64,000 nucleotides of DNA from Eledone cirrhosa (taxonomy: Eukaryota). The DNA lies in the NCBI GenBank assembly GCA_964016885.1, contig OZ024752.1, positions 17,794,001 through 17,858,000 of the forward strand, read 5' to 3'. The position numbers were made by a program, and so were the translations under genes. This document shows, piece by piece, positions 11,841-27,400 of the stretch. Each line of letters begins with the position of its first letter. The stretch's first letter is position 1. The notes under the pieces were generated by a model. It saw only the letters and a program-made list of their open reading frames with translations, was not told the DNA's origin and searched no databases.

Positions 11841-14800
11841 ACAACTCCACCATTCTAACTCCTTCTTATATGGTCTACAACTCCACCATTCTAACTCTTT
11901 CTTATATGCTGTACAACTCCACCATTCTAACTCTTTCTTATATGGTCTACAACTCCACCATTCTAACTCATTCTTATATGGTCTACAACTCCACCATTCT
12001 AACTCCTTCTTATATGGTCTACAACTCCACCATTCTAACTCCTTCTTATATGGTCTACAACTCCACCATTCTAATTCCTTCTTGTATGGTGTACAACTCC
12101 ACCATACTAACTCCTTCATATATGGTCTACAACTCCACCATTCTAACTCCTTCTTATATGGTGTACAACTCCACCATTCTAATTGCTTCTTATATGGTCT
12201 ACAACTCCACCATTCTAACTCTTTCTTATATGGTCTACAACTCCACCATTCTAATTGCTTCTTATATGGTCTACAACTCCACCATTCTAACTCTTTCTTA
12301 TATGGTCTACAACTCCACCATTCTAACTCCTTCTTATATGGTCTACAACTCCACCATTCTAACTCCTTCTTATATAGTGTACAACTCCACCATTCTAACT
12401 CCTTATATTGTGTACAACTCCACCATTCTAACTCCTTCTTATATGGTCTACAACTCCACAATTCTAACTCCTTCTTATATGGTCTACAACTCCACCATTC
12501 TAATTCCTTCTTATATGGTCTACAACTCCACCATTCTAATTCCTTCTTATATGGTGTACAACTCCACCATTCTAACTCCTTCATATATGGTCTACAACTC
12601 CACCATTCTAACTCCTTCTTATATGGTGTACAACTCCACCATTCTAATTCCTTCTTATATGGTTTACAACTCCACCATTCTAACTCTTTCTTATATGGTC
12701 TACAACTCCACCATTCTAACTCCTTCTTATATGGTCTACAACTCCACCATTCTAACTCCTTCGTATATGGTCTACAACTCCACGATTCTAACTCCTTATA
12801 TGGTCTACAACTCCACCAATCTAACTCCATCTTATATGGTGTACAACTCCACCATTCTAATTCCTTCTTATATGGTCTACAACTCCACCATTCTAATTCC
12901 TTCTTATATGGTCTACAACTCCACCATTCTAACTCCTTCATATATGGTCTACAACTCCACCATTCTAACTCCTTCTTATATGGTCTACAACTCCACCATT
13001 CTAACTCTTTCTTATATGGTGTACAACTCCACCATTCTAAATCTTTCTTATATGGTCTACAACTCCACCATTCTAACTCATTCTTATATGGTCTACAACT
13101 CCACCATTCTAACTCCTTCTTATATGGTCTACAACTCCACCATTCTAACTCCTTCTTATATGGTCTACAACTACACCATTCTAATTCCTTCTTATATGGT
13201 GTACAACTCCACCATTCTAACTCCTTCATATATGGTCTACAACTCCACCATTCTAACTCCTTCTTATATGGTGTACAACTCCACCATTCTAATTCCTTCT
13301 TATATGGTCTACAACTCCACCATTCTAACTCCTTCTTATATGGTCTACAACTCCACCATTCTAACTCCTTATATGGTCTACAACTCCACCATTCTAACTC
13401 CGTCTTATATGGTGTACAACTCCACCATTCTAATTCCTTCTTATATGGTCTACAACTCCACCATTCTAACTCCTTCATATATGGTCTACAACTCCACCAT
13501 TCTAACTCCTTCTTATATGGTCTACAACTCCACCATTCTAACTCTTTCTTATATGGTGTACAACTCCACCATTCTAACTCTTTCTTATATGGTCTACAAC
13601 TCCACCATTCTAACTCATTCTTATATGGTCTACAACTCCACCATTCTAACTCCTTCTTATATGGTGTACAACTCCACCATTCTAACTCCTTCTTATATGG
13701 TCTACAACTCCACCATTCTAACTCCTTCTTATATGTTCTACAACTCAACCATTCTAACTCCTTCTTATATGGTCTACAACTCCACCATTCTAATTCCTTC
13801 TTATATGGTCTACAACTCCACCATTCTAACTCTTTCTTATATGGTGTACAACTCCACCATTCTAACTCTTTCTTATATGGTCTACAACTCCACCATTCTA
13901 ACTCATTCTTATATGGTCTACAACTCCACCATTCTAACTCCTTCTTATATGGTCTACAACTCCACCATACTAACTCCTTCATATATGGTCTACAACTCCA
14001 CCATTCTAACTCCTTCTTATATGGTGTACAACTCCACCATTCTAATTGCTTCTTATATGGTCTACAACTCCACCATTCTAACTCTTTCTTATATGGTCTA
14101 CAACTCCACCATTCTAACTCCTTCTTATATGGTCTACAACTCCACCATTCTAACTCCTTCGTATATGGTCTACAACTCCACCATTCTAACTCCTTATATG
14201 GTCTACAACTCCACCATTCTAACTCCGTCTTATATGGTGTACAACTCCACCATTCTAATTCCTTCTTATATGGTCTACAACACCACCATTCTAATTCCTT
14301 CTTATATGGTCTACAACTCCACCATTCTAACTCCTTCATATATGGTCTACAACTCCACCATTCTAACTCCTTCTTATATGGTCTACAACTCCACCATTCT
14401 AACTCTTCTTATATGGTGTACAACTCCACCATTCTAACTCCTTCTTATATGGTCTACAACTCCACCATTCTAACTCATTCTTATATGGTGTACAACTCCA
14501 CCATTCTAATTGCTTCTTATATGGTCTACAACTCCACCATTCTAACTCTTTCTTATATGGTCTACAACTCCACCATTCTAACTCCTTCTTATATGGTCTA
14601 CAACTCCACCATTCTAACTCCTTATATAGTGTACAACTCCACCATTCTAACTCCTTCTTATATGGTCTACAACTCCACCATTCTAACTCCTTCTTATATG
14701 GTCTACAACTCCACCATTCTAACTCCTTCTTATATGGTCTACAACTCCACCATTCTAACTCTTCTTATATGGTGTACAACTCCACCATTCTAACTCCTTC

Positions 14801-17800
14801 TTATATGGTCTACAACTCCACCATTCTAACTCATTCTTATATGGTCTACAACTCCACCATTCTAACTCCTTCTTATATGGTCTACAACTCCACCATTCTA
14901 ACTCCTTCTTATATGGTCTACAACTCCACCATTCTAACTCCTTCTTATATAGTGTACAACTCCACCATTCTAACTCCTTCTTATATGGTGTACAACTCCA
15001 CCATTCTAACTCCTTCTTATATGGTCTACAACTCCACAATTCTAACTCCTTCTTATATGGTCTACAACTCCACCATTCTAATTCCTTCTTATATGGTCTA
15101 CAACTCCACCATTCTAATTCCTTCTTATATGGTGTACAACTCCACCATTCTAACTCCTTCGTATATGGTCTACAACTGCACCATTATAACTCCTTCTTAT
15201 ATGGTGTACAACACCGCCATTCTAATTGCTTCTTATATGGTCTACAACTCGAACATTCTAACTCTTTCTTATATGGTCTACAACTCCACCATTCTAACTC
15301 CTTCTTATATGGTCTACAACTCCACCATTCTAACTCCTTCGTATATGGTCTACAACTCCACCATTCTAACTCCTTATATGGTCTACAACTCCACCATTCT
15401 AACTCCGTCTTATATGGTGTACAACTCCACCATTCTAATTCCTTCTTATATGGTCTACAACTCCACCATTCTAACTCCTTCATATATGGTCTACAACTCC
15501 ACCATTCTAACTCCTTCTTATATGGTCTACAACTCCACCATTCTAACTCTTTCTTATATGGTGTACAACTCCACCATTCTAACTCTTTCTTATATGGTCT
15601 ACAACTCCACCATTCTAACTCATTCTTATATGGTCTACAACTCCACCATTCTAACTCCTTCTTATATGGTGTACAACTCCACCATTCTAACTCCTTCTTA
15701 TATGGTCTACAACTCCACCATTCTAACTCCTTCTTATATGTTCTACAACTCAACCATTCTAACTCCTTCTTATATGGTCTACAACTCCACCATTCTAACT
15801 CCTTCTTATATGGTCTACAACTCCACCATTCTAACTCTTTCTTATATGGTGTCCAACTCCACCATTCTAACTCCTTCATATATGGTCTACAACTCCACCA
15901 TTCTAACTCCTTCTTATATGGTCTACAACTCCACCATTCTAACTCTTATTATATGGTGTACAACTCCACCATTCTAACTCCTTCTTATATGGTCTACAAC
16001 TCCACCATTCTAACTCATTCTTATATGGTGTACAACTCCACCATTCTAATTGCTTCTTATATGGTCTACAACTCCACCATTCTAACTCTTTCTTATATGG
16101 TCTACAACTCCACCATTCTAACTCCTTCTTATATGGTCTACAACTCCACCATTCTAACTCCTTCTTATATAGTGTACAACTCCACCATTCTAACTCCTTC
16201 TTATATGGTCTACAACTCCACCATTCTAACTCCTTCTTATATGGTCTACAACTCCACCATTCTAACTCCTTCTTATATGGTCTACAACTCCACCATTCTA
16301 ATTTCTTCTTATATGGTCTACAACTCCACCATTCTAATTCCTTCTTATATGGTGTACAACTCCACCATTCTAACTCCTTCATATATGGTCTACAACTCCA
16401 CCATTCTAACTCCTTCTTATATGGTGTACAACTCCACCATTCTAATTGCTTCTTATATGGTCTACAACTCCACCATTCTAACTCTTTCTTATATGGTCTA
16501 CAACTCCACCATTCTAACTCCTTCTTATATGGTCTACAACTCCACCATTCTAACTCCTTCGTATATGGTCTACAACTCCACCATTCTAACTCCTTATATG
16601 GTCTACAACTCCACCATTCTAACTCCGTCTTATATGGTGTACAACTCCACCATTCTAATTCCTTCTTATATGGTCTAAAACACCACCATTCTAATTCCTT
16701 CTTATATGGTCTACAACTCCACCATTCTAACTCCTTCATATATGGTTTACAACTCCACCATTCTAACTCCTTCATATATGGTCTACAACTCCACCATTCT
16801 AATTCCTTCTTATATGGTCTACAACTCCACCATTCTAACTCCTTCATATATGGTCTACAACTCCACCATTCTAACTCTTCTTATATGGTGTACAACTCCA
16901 CCATTCTAAATCCTTCTTATATGGTCTACAACTCCACCATTCTAACTCATTCTTATATGGTCTACAACTCCACCATTCTAACTCCTTCTTATATGGTCTA
17001 CAACTCCACCATTCTAACTCCTTCTTATATGGTCTACAACTCCACCATTCTAACTCCTTCTTATATAGTGTACAACTCCACCATTCTAACTCCTTCTTAT
17101 ATGGTCTACAACTCCGCCATTCTAATTCATTCTTATATGGTCTACTACTCCACCATTCTAATTCCTTCTTATATGGTGTACAACTCCACCATTCTAACTC
17201 CTTCGTATATGGTCTACAACTGCACCATTATAACTCCTTCTTATATGGTGTACAACTCCACCATTCTAATTGCTTCTTATATGGTCTACAACTCGACCAT
17301 TCTAACTCTTTCTTATATGGTTTACAACTGCACCATTCTAACTCCTTCTTATATGGTCTACAACTCCACCATTCTAACTCCTTCGTATATGGTCTACAAC
17401 TCCACCATTCTAACTCCTTATATGGTCTACAACTCCACCATTCTAACTCCGTCTTATATGGTGTACAACTCCACCATTCTAATTCCTTCTTATATGGTCT
17501 ACAACTCCACCATTCTAACTCCTTCATATATGGTCTACAACTCCACCATTCTAACTCCTTCTTATATGGTCTACAACTCCACCATTCTAACTCTTTCTTA
17601 TATGGTGTACAACTCCACCATTCTAACTCTTTCTTATATGGTCTACAACTCCACCATTCTAACTCATTCTTATATGGTCTACAACTCCACCATTCTAACT
17701 CCTTCTTATATGGTCTACAACTCCACCATTCTAACTCCTTCTTATATGTTCTACAACTCAACCATTCTAACTCCTTCTTATATGGTCTACAACTCCACCA

Positions 17801-18424
17801 TTCTAATTCCTTCTTATATGGTCTACAACTCCACCATTCTAACTCCTTCTTATATGGTGTACAACTCCACCATTCTAACTCCTTCTTATATGGTCTACAA
17901 CTCCACCATTCTAACTCCTTCTTATATGGTGTACAACTCCACCATTCTAATTCCTTCTTATATGGTCTACAACTCCACCATTCTAACTCCTTCTTATATG
18001 GTGTACAACTCCACCATTCTAATTCCTTCTTATATGGTCTACAACTCCACTATTCTAACTCCTTCTTATATGGTCTACAACTCCACCATTCTAATCCCTT
18101 CTTACATGGTCTACAACTGCACCATTCTAACTCCTTCATATATGGTCTACAACTCTACCATTCTAACTCCTTCTTATATGGTGTGCAACTCCACCATTCT
18201 AATTCCTTCTTATATGGTCTACAACTCCACCATTCTAACTCCTTCTTATATGTTCTACAACTCCACAATTCTAACTCCTTCTTATATGGTCTACAACTCC
18301 ACCATTCTAATTCCTTCTTATATGGTCTACAACTCCACCATTCTAACTCCTTCATATATGGTCTACAACTCCACCATTCTAACTCCTTCTTATATGGTGT
18401 ACAACTCCACCATTCTAATTCCTT

Positions 18425-21400
18425 CTTATATGGTCTACAACTCCACCATTCTAACTCTTTCATATATGGTCTACAACTCCACCATTCTAACTCCTTCTTA
18501 TATGGTCTACAACTCCACCATTCTAACTCCTTCGTATATGGTCTACAACTCCACCATTCTAACTCCTTATATGGTCTACAACTCCACCATTCTAACTCCG
18601 TCTTATATGGTGTACAACTCCACCATTCTAACTCCTTCTTATATGGTCTACAACTCCACCATTCTAACTCCTTCTTATATGGTCTACGACTCCACTATTC
18701 TAATTCCTTCTTATATGGTCTACAACTCCACTATTCTAACTCCTTCTTATATGGTCTACAACTACACCATTCTAATTCCTTCTTATATGGTCTACAACTC
18801 CACCATTCTAACTCCTTCTTATATGGTCTACAACTCCACCATTCTAATTCCTTCATATATGGTCTACAACTCCACCATTCTAACTCCTTCTTATATGGTG
18901 TACAACTCCACCATTCTAATTGCTTCTTATATGGTCTACAACTCCACCATTCTAACTCTTTCTTATATGGTCTACAACTCCACCATTCTAACTCCTTCTT
19001 ATATGGTCTAAAACTCCACCATTCTAACTCCTTCGTATATGGTCTACAACTCCACCATTCTAACTCCTTATATGGTCTACAACTCCACCATTCTAACTCC
19101 GTCTTATATGGTCTACAACTCCAACATTCTAACTCCGTCTTATATGGTCTACAACTCCACCATTCTAACTCATTCTTATATGGTCTACAACTCCACCATT
19201 CTAATTCCTCCTTATATGGTCTACAACTCCACCATTCTAATTCCTTCATATGTGGTCTACAACTCCACCATTCTAACTCCTTTTTATATCGTGTACAACT
19301 CCACCATTCTAATTCCTTCTTATATGGTCTACAACTCCACCATTCTAACTCCTTCATATATGGTCTACAACTCCACCATTCTAACTCCTTCTTATATGGT
19401 CTACAACTCCACCATTCTAATTCCTTCTTATATGGTCTACGACTCCACCATTCTAATTCCTTCTTATATGGTCTACAACTCCGCCATTCTAACTCCTTCT
19501 TATATGGTCTACGACTCCACTATTCTAATTCCTTCTTATATGGTCTACAACTCCACTATTCTAACTCCTTCTTATATGGTCTACAACTACACCATTCTAA
19601 TTCCTTCTTATATGGTCTACAACTCCACCATTCTAACTCCTTCTTATATGGTCTACAACTCCACCATTCTAATTCCTTCTTATATGGTCTACAACTCCAC
19701 CATTCTAATTCATTCTTATATGGTGTACAACTCCACCATTCTAACTCCTTCATATATGGTCTACAACTCCACCATTCTAACTCCTTCTTATATGGTGTAC
19801 AACTCCACCATTCTAATTGCTTCTTATATGGTCTACAACTCCACCATTCTAACTCTTTCTTATATGGTCTACAACTCCAACATTCTAACTCCTTCTTATA
19901 TGGTCTACAACTCCACCATTCTAACTCCTTCGTATATGGTCTACAACTCCACCATTCTAACTCCTTCTTATATGGTGTACAACTCCACCATTCTAATTGC
20001 TTCTTATATGGTCTACAACTGCACCATTCTAACTCTTTCTTATATGGTCTACAACTCCACCATTCTAACTCCTTCTTATATGGTCTACAACTCCACCATT
20101 CTAACTCCTTCGTATATGGTCTACAACTCCACCATTCTAACTCCTTATATGGTGTACAACTCCACCATTCTAACTCCGTCTTATATGGTGTACAACTCCA
20201 CCATTCTAATTCCTTCTTATATGGTCTACAACACCACCATTCTAACTCCTTCTTATATGGTCTACAACTCCACCATTCTAACTCCTTCTTATATGGTCTA
20301 CAACTCCACCATTCTAATTCCTTCTTATATTGTCTACAACTCCACCATTTAATCTCCTTCTTATATGGTGTACAACTCCACCATTCTAACTCCTTCTTAT
20401 ATGGTGTACAACTCCACCATTCTAACTCCTTCTTATATGGTGTACAACTCCACCATTCTAATTCCTTCTTATATGGTCTACAACTCCAAGATTCTAACTC
20501 CTTCTTATATGGTCTACGACTCCACTATTCTAATTCCTTCTTATATCGTCTACAACTCCACTATTCTAACTCCTTCTTATATGGTATACAACTACACCAT
20601 TCTAATTCCTTCTTATATGGTCTACAACTCCACCATTCTAACTCCTTCTTATATGGTCTACAACTCCACCATTCTAATTCCTTCATATATGGTCTACAAC
20701 TCCACCATACTAACTCCTTCTTATATGGTGTACAACTCCACCATTCTAATTACTTCTTATATGGTCTACAACTCCAACATTCTAACTCTTTCTTATATGT
20801 TCTACAACTCCACCATTCTAACTCCTTCTTATATGGTCTACAACTCCACCATTCTAACTCCTTCGTATATGGTCTACAACTCCACCATTCTAACTCCTTA
20901 TATGGTCTACAACTCCACCATTCTAACTCCGTCTTATATGGTCTACAACTCCACCATTCTAACTCCTTCTTATATGGTCTACAACTCTACCATTCTAACT
21001 CATTCTTATATGGTCTACAACTCCACCATTCTAATTCCTCCTTATATGGTCTACAACTCCACCATTCTAATTCCTTCTCATATGGTGTACAACTCCACCA
21101 TTCTAACTCCTTCATATGTGGTCTACAACTACACCATTCTAACTCCTTTTTATATGGTGTACAACTCCACCATTCTAACTCCTTCTTATATGGTCTACAA
21201 CTCCACCATTCTAACTCCTTCTTATATGGTCTACAACTCCACCATTCTAACTCCTTCTTATATGGTCTACAACTCCCCCATTCTAATTGTTCTTATATGG
21301 TCTACAACTCCACCATTCTAACTCCTTCTTATATGGTCTACAACTCCATCATTCTAACTCCTTCTTATATGGTCTACAACTCTACCATTCTAACTCATTC

Positions 21401-24400
21401 TTATATGGTCTACAACTCCACCATTCTAATTCCTCCTTATATGGTCTACAACTCCACCATTCTAATTCCTTCTTATATGGTGTACAACTCCACCATTCTA
21501 ACTCCTTCATATGTGGTCTACAACTCCACCATTCTAACTCCTTTTTATATGGTGTACAACTCCACCATTCTAATTCCTTCTTATATGGTCTACAACTCCA
21601 CCATTCTAACTCCTTCATATATGGTCTACAACTCCACCATTCTAACTCCTTCTTATATGGTCTACAACTCCACCATTCTAATTCCTTCTTATATGGTCTA
21701 CAACTCCACCATTCTAATTCCTTCTTATATGGTCTACAACTCCACCATTCTAACGCCTTCTTATATGGTCTACAACTCCACCATTCTAACACCTTCTTAT
21801 ATGGTGTACAACTCCACCATTCTAACTCCTTCTTATATGGTCTACAACTCCACCATTCTAACTCCTTCTTATATGGTCTACAACTCCACCATTCTAACTC
21901 CTTCTTATATGGTCTACAACTCCACCATTCTAATTCCTTCTTATATGGTCTACAACTCCACCATTCTAATTCCTTCTTATATGGTCTACAACTCCACCAT
22001 TCTAATTCCTTCTTATATGGTCTACAACTCCACCATTCTAACTCCTTCTTATATGGTCTACAACTCCACCATTCTAACTCCTTCTTATATGGTCTACAAC
22101 TGCACCATTCTAACTCCTTCTTATATGGTCTACAACTCCACCATTCTAACTCCTTCTTATATGGTGTACAACTCCACCATTCTAACTCCTTCTTATATGG
22201 TGTACAACTCCACCATTCTAATTCCTTCTTATATGGTCTACAACTCCACCATTCTAATTCCTTCTTATATGGTCTACAACTCCACCATTCTAACTCCTTC
22301 TTATATGGTGTACAACTCCACCATTCTAATTCCTTCTTATATGGTCTACAACTCCACCATTCTAACTCCTTCTTATATGGTCTACAACTCCCCCATTCTA
22401 ATTCCTTGCTATATGGTCTACAACTACACTATTCTAACTCCTTCTTATATGGTCTACAACTCCACCATTCTATCTCCTTCTTATATGGTCTACAACTCCA
22501 CCATGCTAACTCCTTCTTATATGGTCTACAACTCTACCATTCTAACTCATTCTTATATGTTCTACAACTCCACCATTCTAACTCCTTCTTATATGGTCTA
22601 CAACTCCACCATTCTAACTCCTTCTTATATGGTCTACAACACCACCATTCTAATTCCTTCTTATATGGTCTACAACTACACTATTCTAAATCCTTCTTAT
22701 ATGGTCTACAACTCCACCATTCTAATTCCTTCTTATATGGTCTACAACTCCACCATTCTAACTCCTTCATATATGGTCTACAACTCCACCATTCTAACTC
22801 CTTCTTATATGGTCTACAACTCCACCATTCTAACTCCTTCTTATATGGTCTACAACTCCACCATTCTATCTCCTTCTTATATGGTCTACAACTCTACCAT
22901 TCTAACTCATTCTTATCTGGTCTACAACTCCACCATTCTAACTCCTTCTTATATGGTCTACAACTCCACCATTCTAACTCCTTCTTATATGGTGTACAAC
23001 TCCACCATTCTAACTCCTTCTTATATGGTCTACAACTCCACCATTCTAACTCCTTCTTATATGGTCTACAACTCTACCATTCTAACTCATTCTTATATGG
23101 TCTACAACTCCACCATTCTAATTCCTCCTTATATGGTCTACAACTCCACCATTCTAATTCCTTCTCATATGGTGTACAACTCCACCATTCTAACTCCTTC
23201 ATATGTGGTCTACAACTACACCATTCTAACTCCTTTTTATATGGTGTACAACTCCACCATTCTAACTCCTTCTTATATGGTCTACAACTCCACCATTCTA
23301 ACTCCTTCTTATATGGTCTACAACTCCACCATTCTAACTCCTTCTTATATGGTCTACAACTCCCCCATTCTAATTGTTCTTATATGGTCTACAACTCCAC
23401 CATTCTAACTCCTTCTTATATGGTCTACAACTCCATCATTCTAACTCCTTCTTATATGGTCTACAACTCTACCATTCTAACTCATTCTTATATGGTCTAC
23501 AACTCCACCATTCTAATTCCTCCTTATATGGTCTACAACTCCACCATTCTAATTCCTTCTTATATGGTGTACAACTCCACCATTCTAACTCCTTCATATG
23601 TGGTCTACAACTCCACCATTCTAACTCCTTTTTATATGGTGTACAACTCCACCATTCTAATTCCTTCTTATATGGTCTACAACTCCACCATTCTAACTCC
23701 TTCATATATGGTCTACAACTCCACCATTCTAACTCCTTCTTATATGGTCTACAACTCCACCATTCTAATTCCTTCTTATATGGTCTACAACTCCACCATT
23801 CTAATTCCTTCTTATATGGTCTACAACTCCACCATTCTAACGCCTTCTTATATGGTCTACAACTCCACAATTCTAACACCTTCTTATATGGTGTACAACT
23901 CCACCATTCTAACTCCTTCTTATATGGTCTACAACTCCACCATTCTAACTCCTTCTTATATGGTCTACAACTACACCATTCTAACTCCTTCTTATATGGT
24001 CTACAACTCCACCATTCTAATTCCTTCTTATATGGTCTACAACTCCACCATTCTAATTCCTTCTTATATGGTCTACAACTCCACCATTCTAATTCCTTCT
24101 TATATGGTCTACAACTCCACCATTCTAACTCCTTCTTATATGGTCTACAACTGCACCATTCTAACTCCTTCTTATATGGTCTACAACTCCACCATTCTAA
24201 CTCCTTCTTATATGGTGTACAACTCCACCATTCTAACTCCTTCTTATATGGTGTACAACTCCACCATTCTAATTCCTTCTTATATGGTCTACAACTCCAC
24301 CATTCTAATTCCTTCTTATATGGTCTACAACTCCACCATTCTAACTCCTTCTTATATGGTGTACAACTCCACCATTCTAATTCCTTCTTATATGGTCTAC

Positions 24401-27400
24401 AACTCCACCATTCTAACTCCTTCTTATATGGTCTACAACTGCACCATTCTAACTCCTTCTTATATGGTCTACAACACCACCATTCTAATTCCTTCTTATA
24501 TGGTCTACAACTACACTATTCTAACTCCTTCTTATATGGTTTACAACTCCACCATTCTAATTCCTTCTTATATGGTCTACAACTCCACCATTCTAACTCC
24601 TTCATATATGGTCTACAACTCCACCATTCTAACTCCTTCTTATATGGTCTACAACTCCACCATTCTAACTCCTTCTTATATGGTCTACAACTCCACCATT
24701 CTATCTCCTTCTTATATGGTCTACAACTCTACCATTCTAACTCATTCTTATCTGGTCTACAACTCCACCATTCTAACTCCTTCTTATATGGTCTACAACT
24801 CCACCATTCTAACTCCTTCTTATATGGTGTACAACTCCACCATTCTAACTCCTTCTTATATGGTCTACAACTCCACCATTCTAACTCCTTCTTATATGGT
24901 GTACAACTCCACCATTCTAACTCATTCTTATATGGTCTACAACTCCACCATTCTAACTCCTTCTTATATGGTCTACAACTCCACCATTCTAACTCTTTCA
25001 TATATGGTCTACAACTCCACCATTCTAACTCCTTCTTATATGGTCTACAACTCCACCATTCTAACTCCTTCGTATATGGTCTACAACTCCACCATTCTAA
25101 CTCCTTATATGGTCTACAACTCCACCATTCTAACTCCGTCTTATATGGTGTACAACTCCACCATTCTAACTCCTTCTTATATGGTCTACAACTCCACCAT
25201 TCTAACTCCTTCTTATATGGTCTACGACTCCACTATTCTAATTCCTTCTTATATGGTCTACAACTCCACTATTCTAACTCCTTCTTATATGGTCTACAAC
25301 TACACCATTCTAATTCCTTCTTATATGGTCTACAACTCCACCATTCTAACTCCTTCTTATATGGTCTACAACTCCACCATTCTAATTCCTTCATATATGG
25401 TCTACAACTCCACCATTCTAACTCCTTCTTATATGGTGTACAACTCCACCATTCTAATTGCTTCTTATATGGTCTACAACTCCACCATTCTAACTCTTTC
25501 TTATATGGTCTACAACTCCACCATTCTAACTCCTTCTTATATGGTCTAAAACTCCACCATTCTAACTCCTTCGTATATGGTCTACAACTCCACCATTCTA
25601 ACTCCTTATATGGTCTACAACTCCACCATTCTAACTCCGTCTTATATGGTCTACAACTCCAACATTCTAACTCCGTCTTATATGGTCTACAACTCCACCA
25701 TTCTAACTCATTCTTATATGGTCTAAAACTCCACCATTCTAATTCCTCCTTATATGGTCTACAACTCCACCATTCTAATTCCTTCATATGTGGTCTACAA
25801 CTCCACCATTCTAACTCCTTTTTATATCGTGTACAACTCCACCATTCTAATTCCTTCTTATATGGTCTACAACTCCACCATTCTAACTCCTTCATATATG
25901 GTCTACAACTCCACCATTCTAACTCCTTCTTATATGGTCTACAACTCCACCATTCTAATTCCTTCTTATATGGTCTACGACTCCACCATTCTAATTCCTT
26001 CTTATATGGTCTACAACTCCGCCATTCTAACTCCTTCTTATATGGTCTACGACTCCACTATTCTAATTCCTTCTTATATGGTCTACAACTCCACTATTCT
26101 AACTCCTTCTTATATGGTCTACAACTACACCATTCTAATTCCTTCTTATATGGTCTACAACTCCACCATTCTAACTCCTTCTTATATGGTCTACAACTCC
26201 ACCATTCTAATTCCTTCTTATATGGTCTACAACTCCACCATTCTAATTCATTCTTCTATGGTGTACAACTCCACCATTCTAACTCCTTCATATATGGTCT
26301 ACAACTCCACCATTCTAACTCCTTCTTATATGGTGTACAACTCCACCATTCTAATTGCTTCTTATATGGTCTACAACTCCACCATTCTAACTCTTTCTTA
26401 TATGGTCTACAACTCCACCATTCTAACTCCTTCTTATATGGTCTATAACTCCACCATTCTAACTCCTTCGTATATGGTCTACAACTCCACCATTCTAACT
26501 CCTTCTTATATGGTGTACAACTCCACCATTCTAATTGCTTCTTATATGGTCTACAACTGCACCATTCTAACTCTTTCTTATATGGTCTACAACTCCACCA
26601 TTCTAACTCCTTCTTATATGGTCTACAACTCCACCATTCTAACTCCTTCGTATATGGTCTACAACTCCACCATTCTAACTCCTTATATGGTGTACAACTC
26701 CACCATTCTAACTCCGTCTTATATGGTGTACAACTCCACCATTCTAATTCCTTCTTATATGGTCTACAACACCACCATTCTAACTCCTTCTTATATGGTC
26801 TACAACTCCACCATTCTAACTCCTTCTTATATGGTCTACAACTCCACCATTCTAATTCCTTCTTATATTGTCTACAACTCCACCATTTAATCTCCTTCTT
26901 ATATGGTGTACAACTCCACCATTCTAACTCCTTCTTATATGGTGTACAACTCCACCATTCTAACTCCTTCTTATATGGTGTACAACTCCACCATTCTAAT
27001 TCCTTCTTATATGGTCTACAACTCCACCATTCTAACTCCTTCTTATATGGTCTACGACTCCACTATTCTAATTCCTTCTTATATCGTCTACAACTCCACT
27101 ATTCTAACTCCTTCTTATATGGTATACAACTACACCATTCTAATTCCTTCTTATATGGTCTACAACTCCACCATTCTAAATCCTTCTTATATGGTCTACA
27201 ACTCCACCATTCTAATTCCTTCATATATGGTCTACAACTCCACCATATTAACTCCTTCTTATATGGTGTACAACTCCACCATTCTAATTACTTCTTATAT
27301 GGTCTACAACTCCAACATTCTAACTCTTTCTTATATGTTCTACAACTCCACCATTCTAACTCCTTCTTATATGGTCTACAACTCCACCATTCTAACTCCT

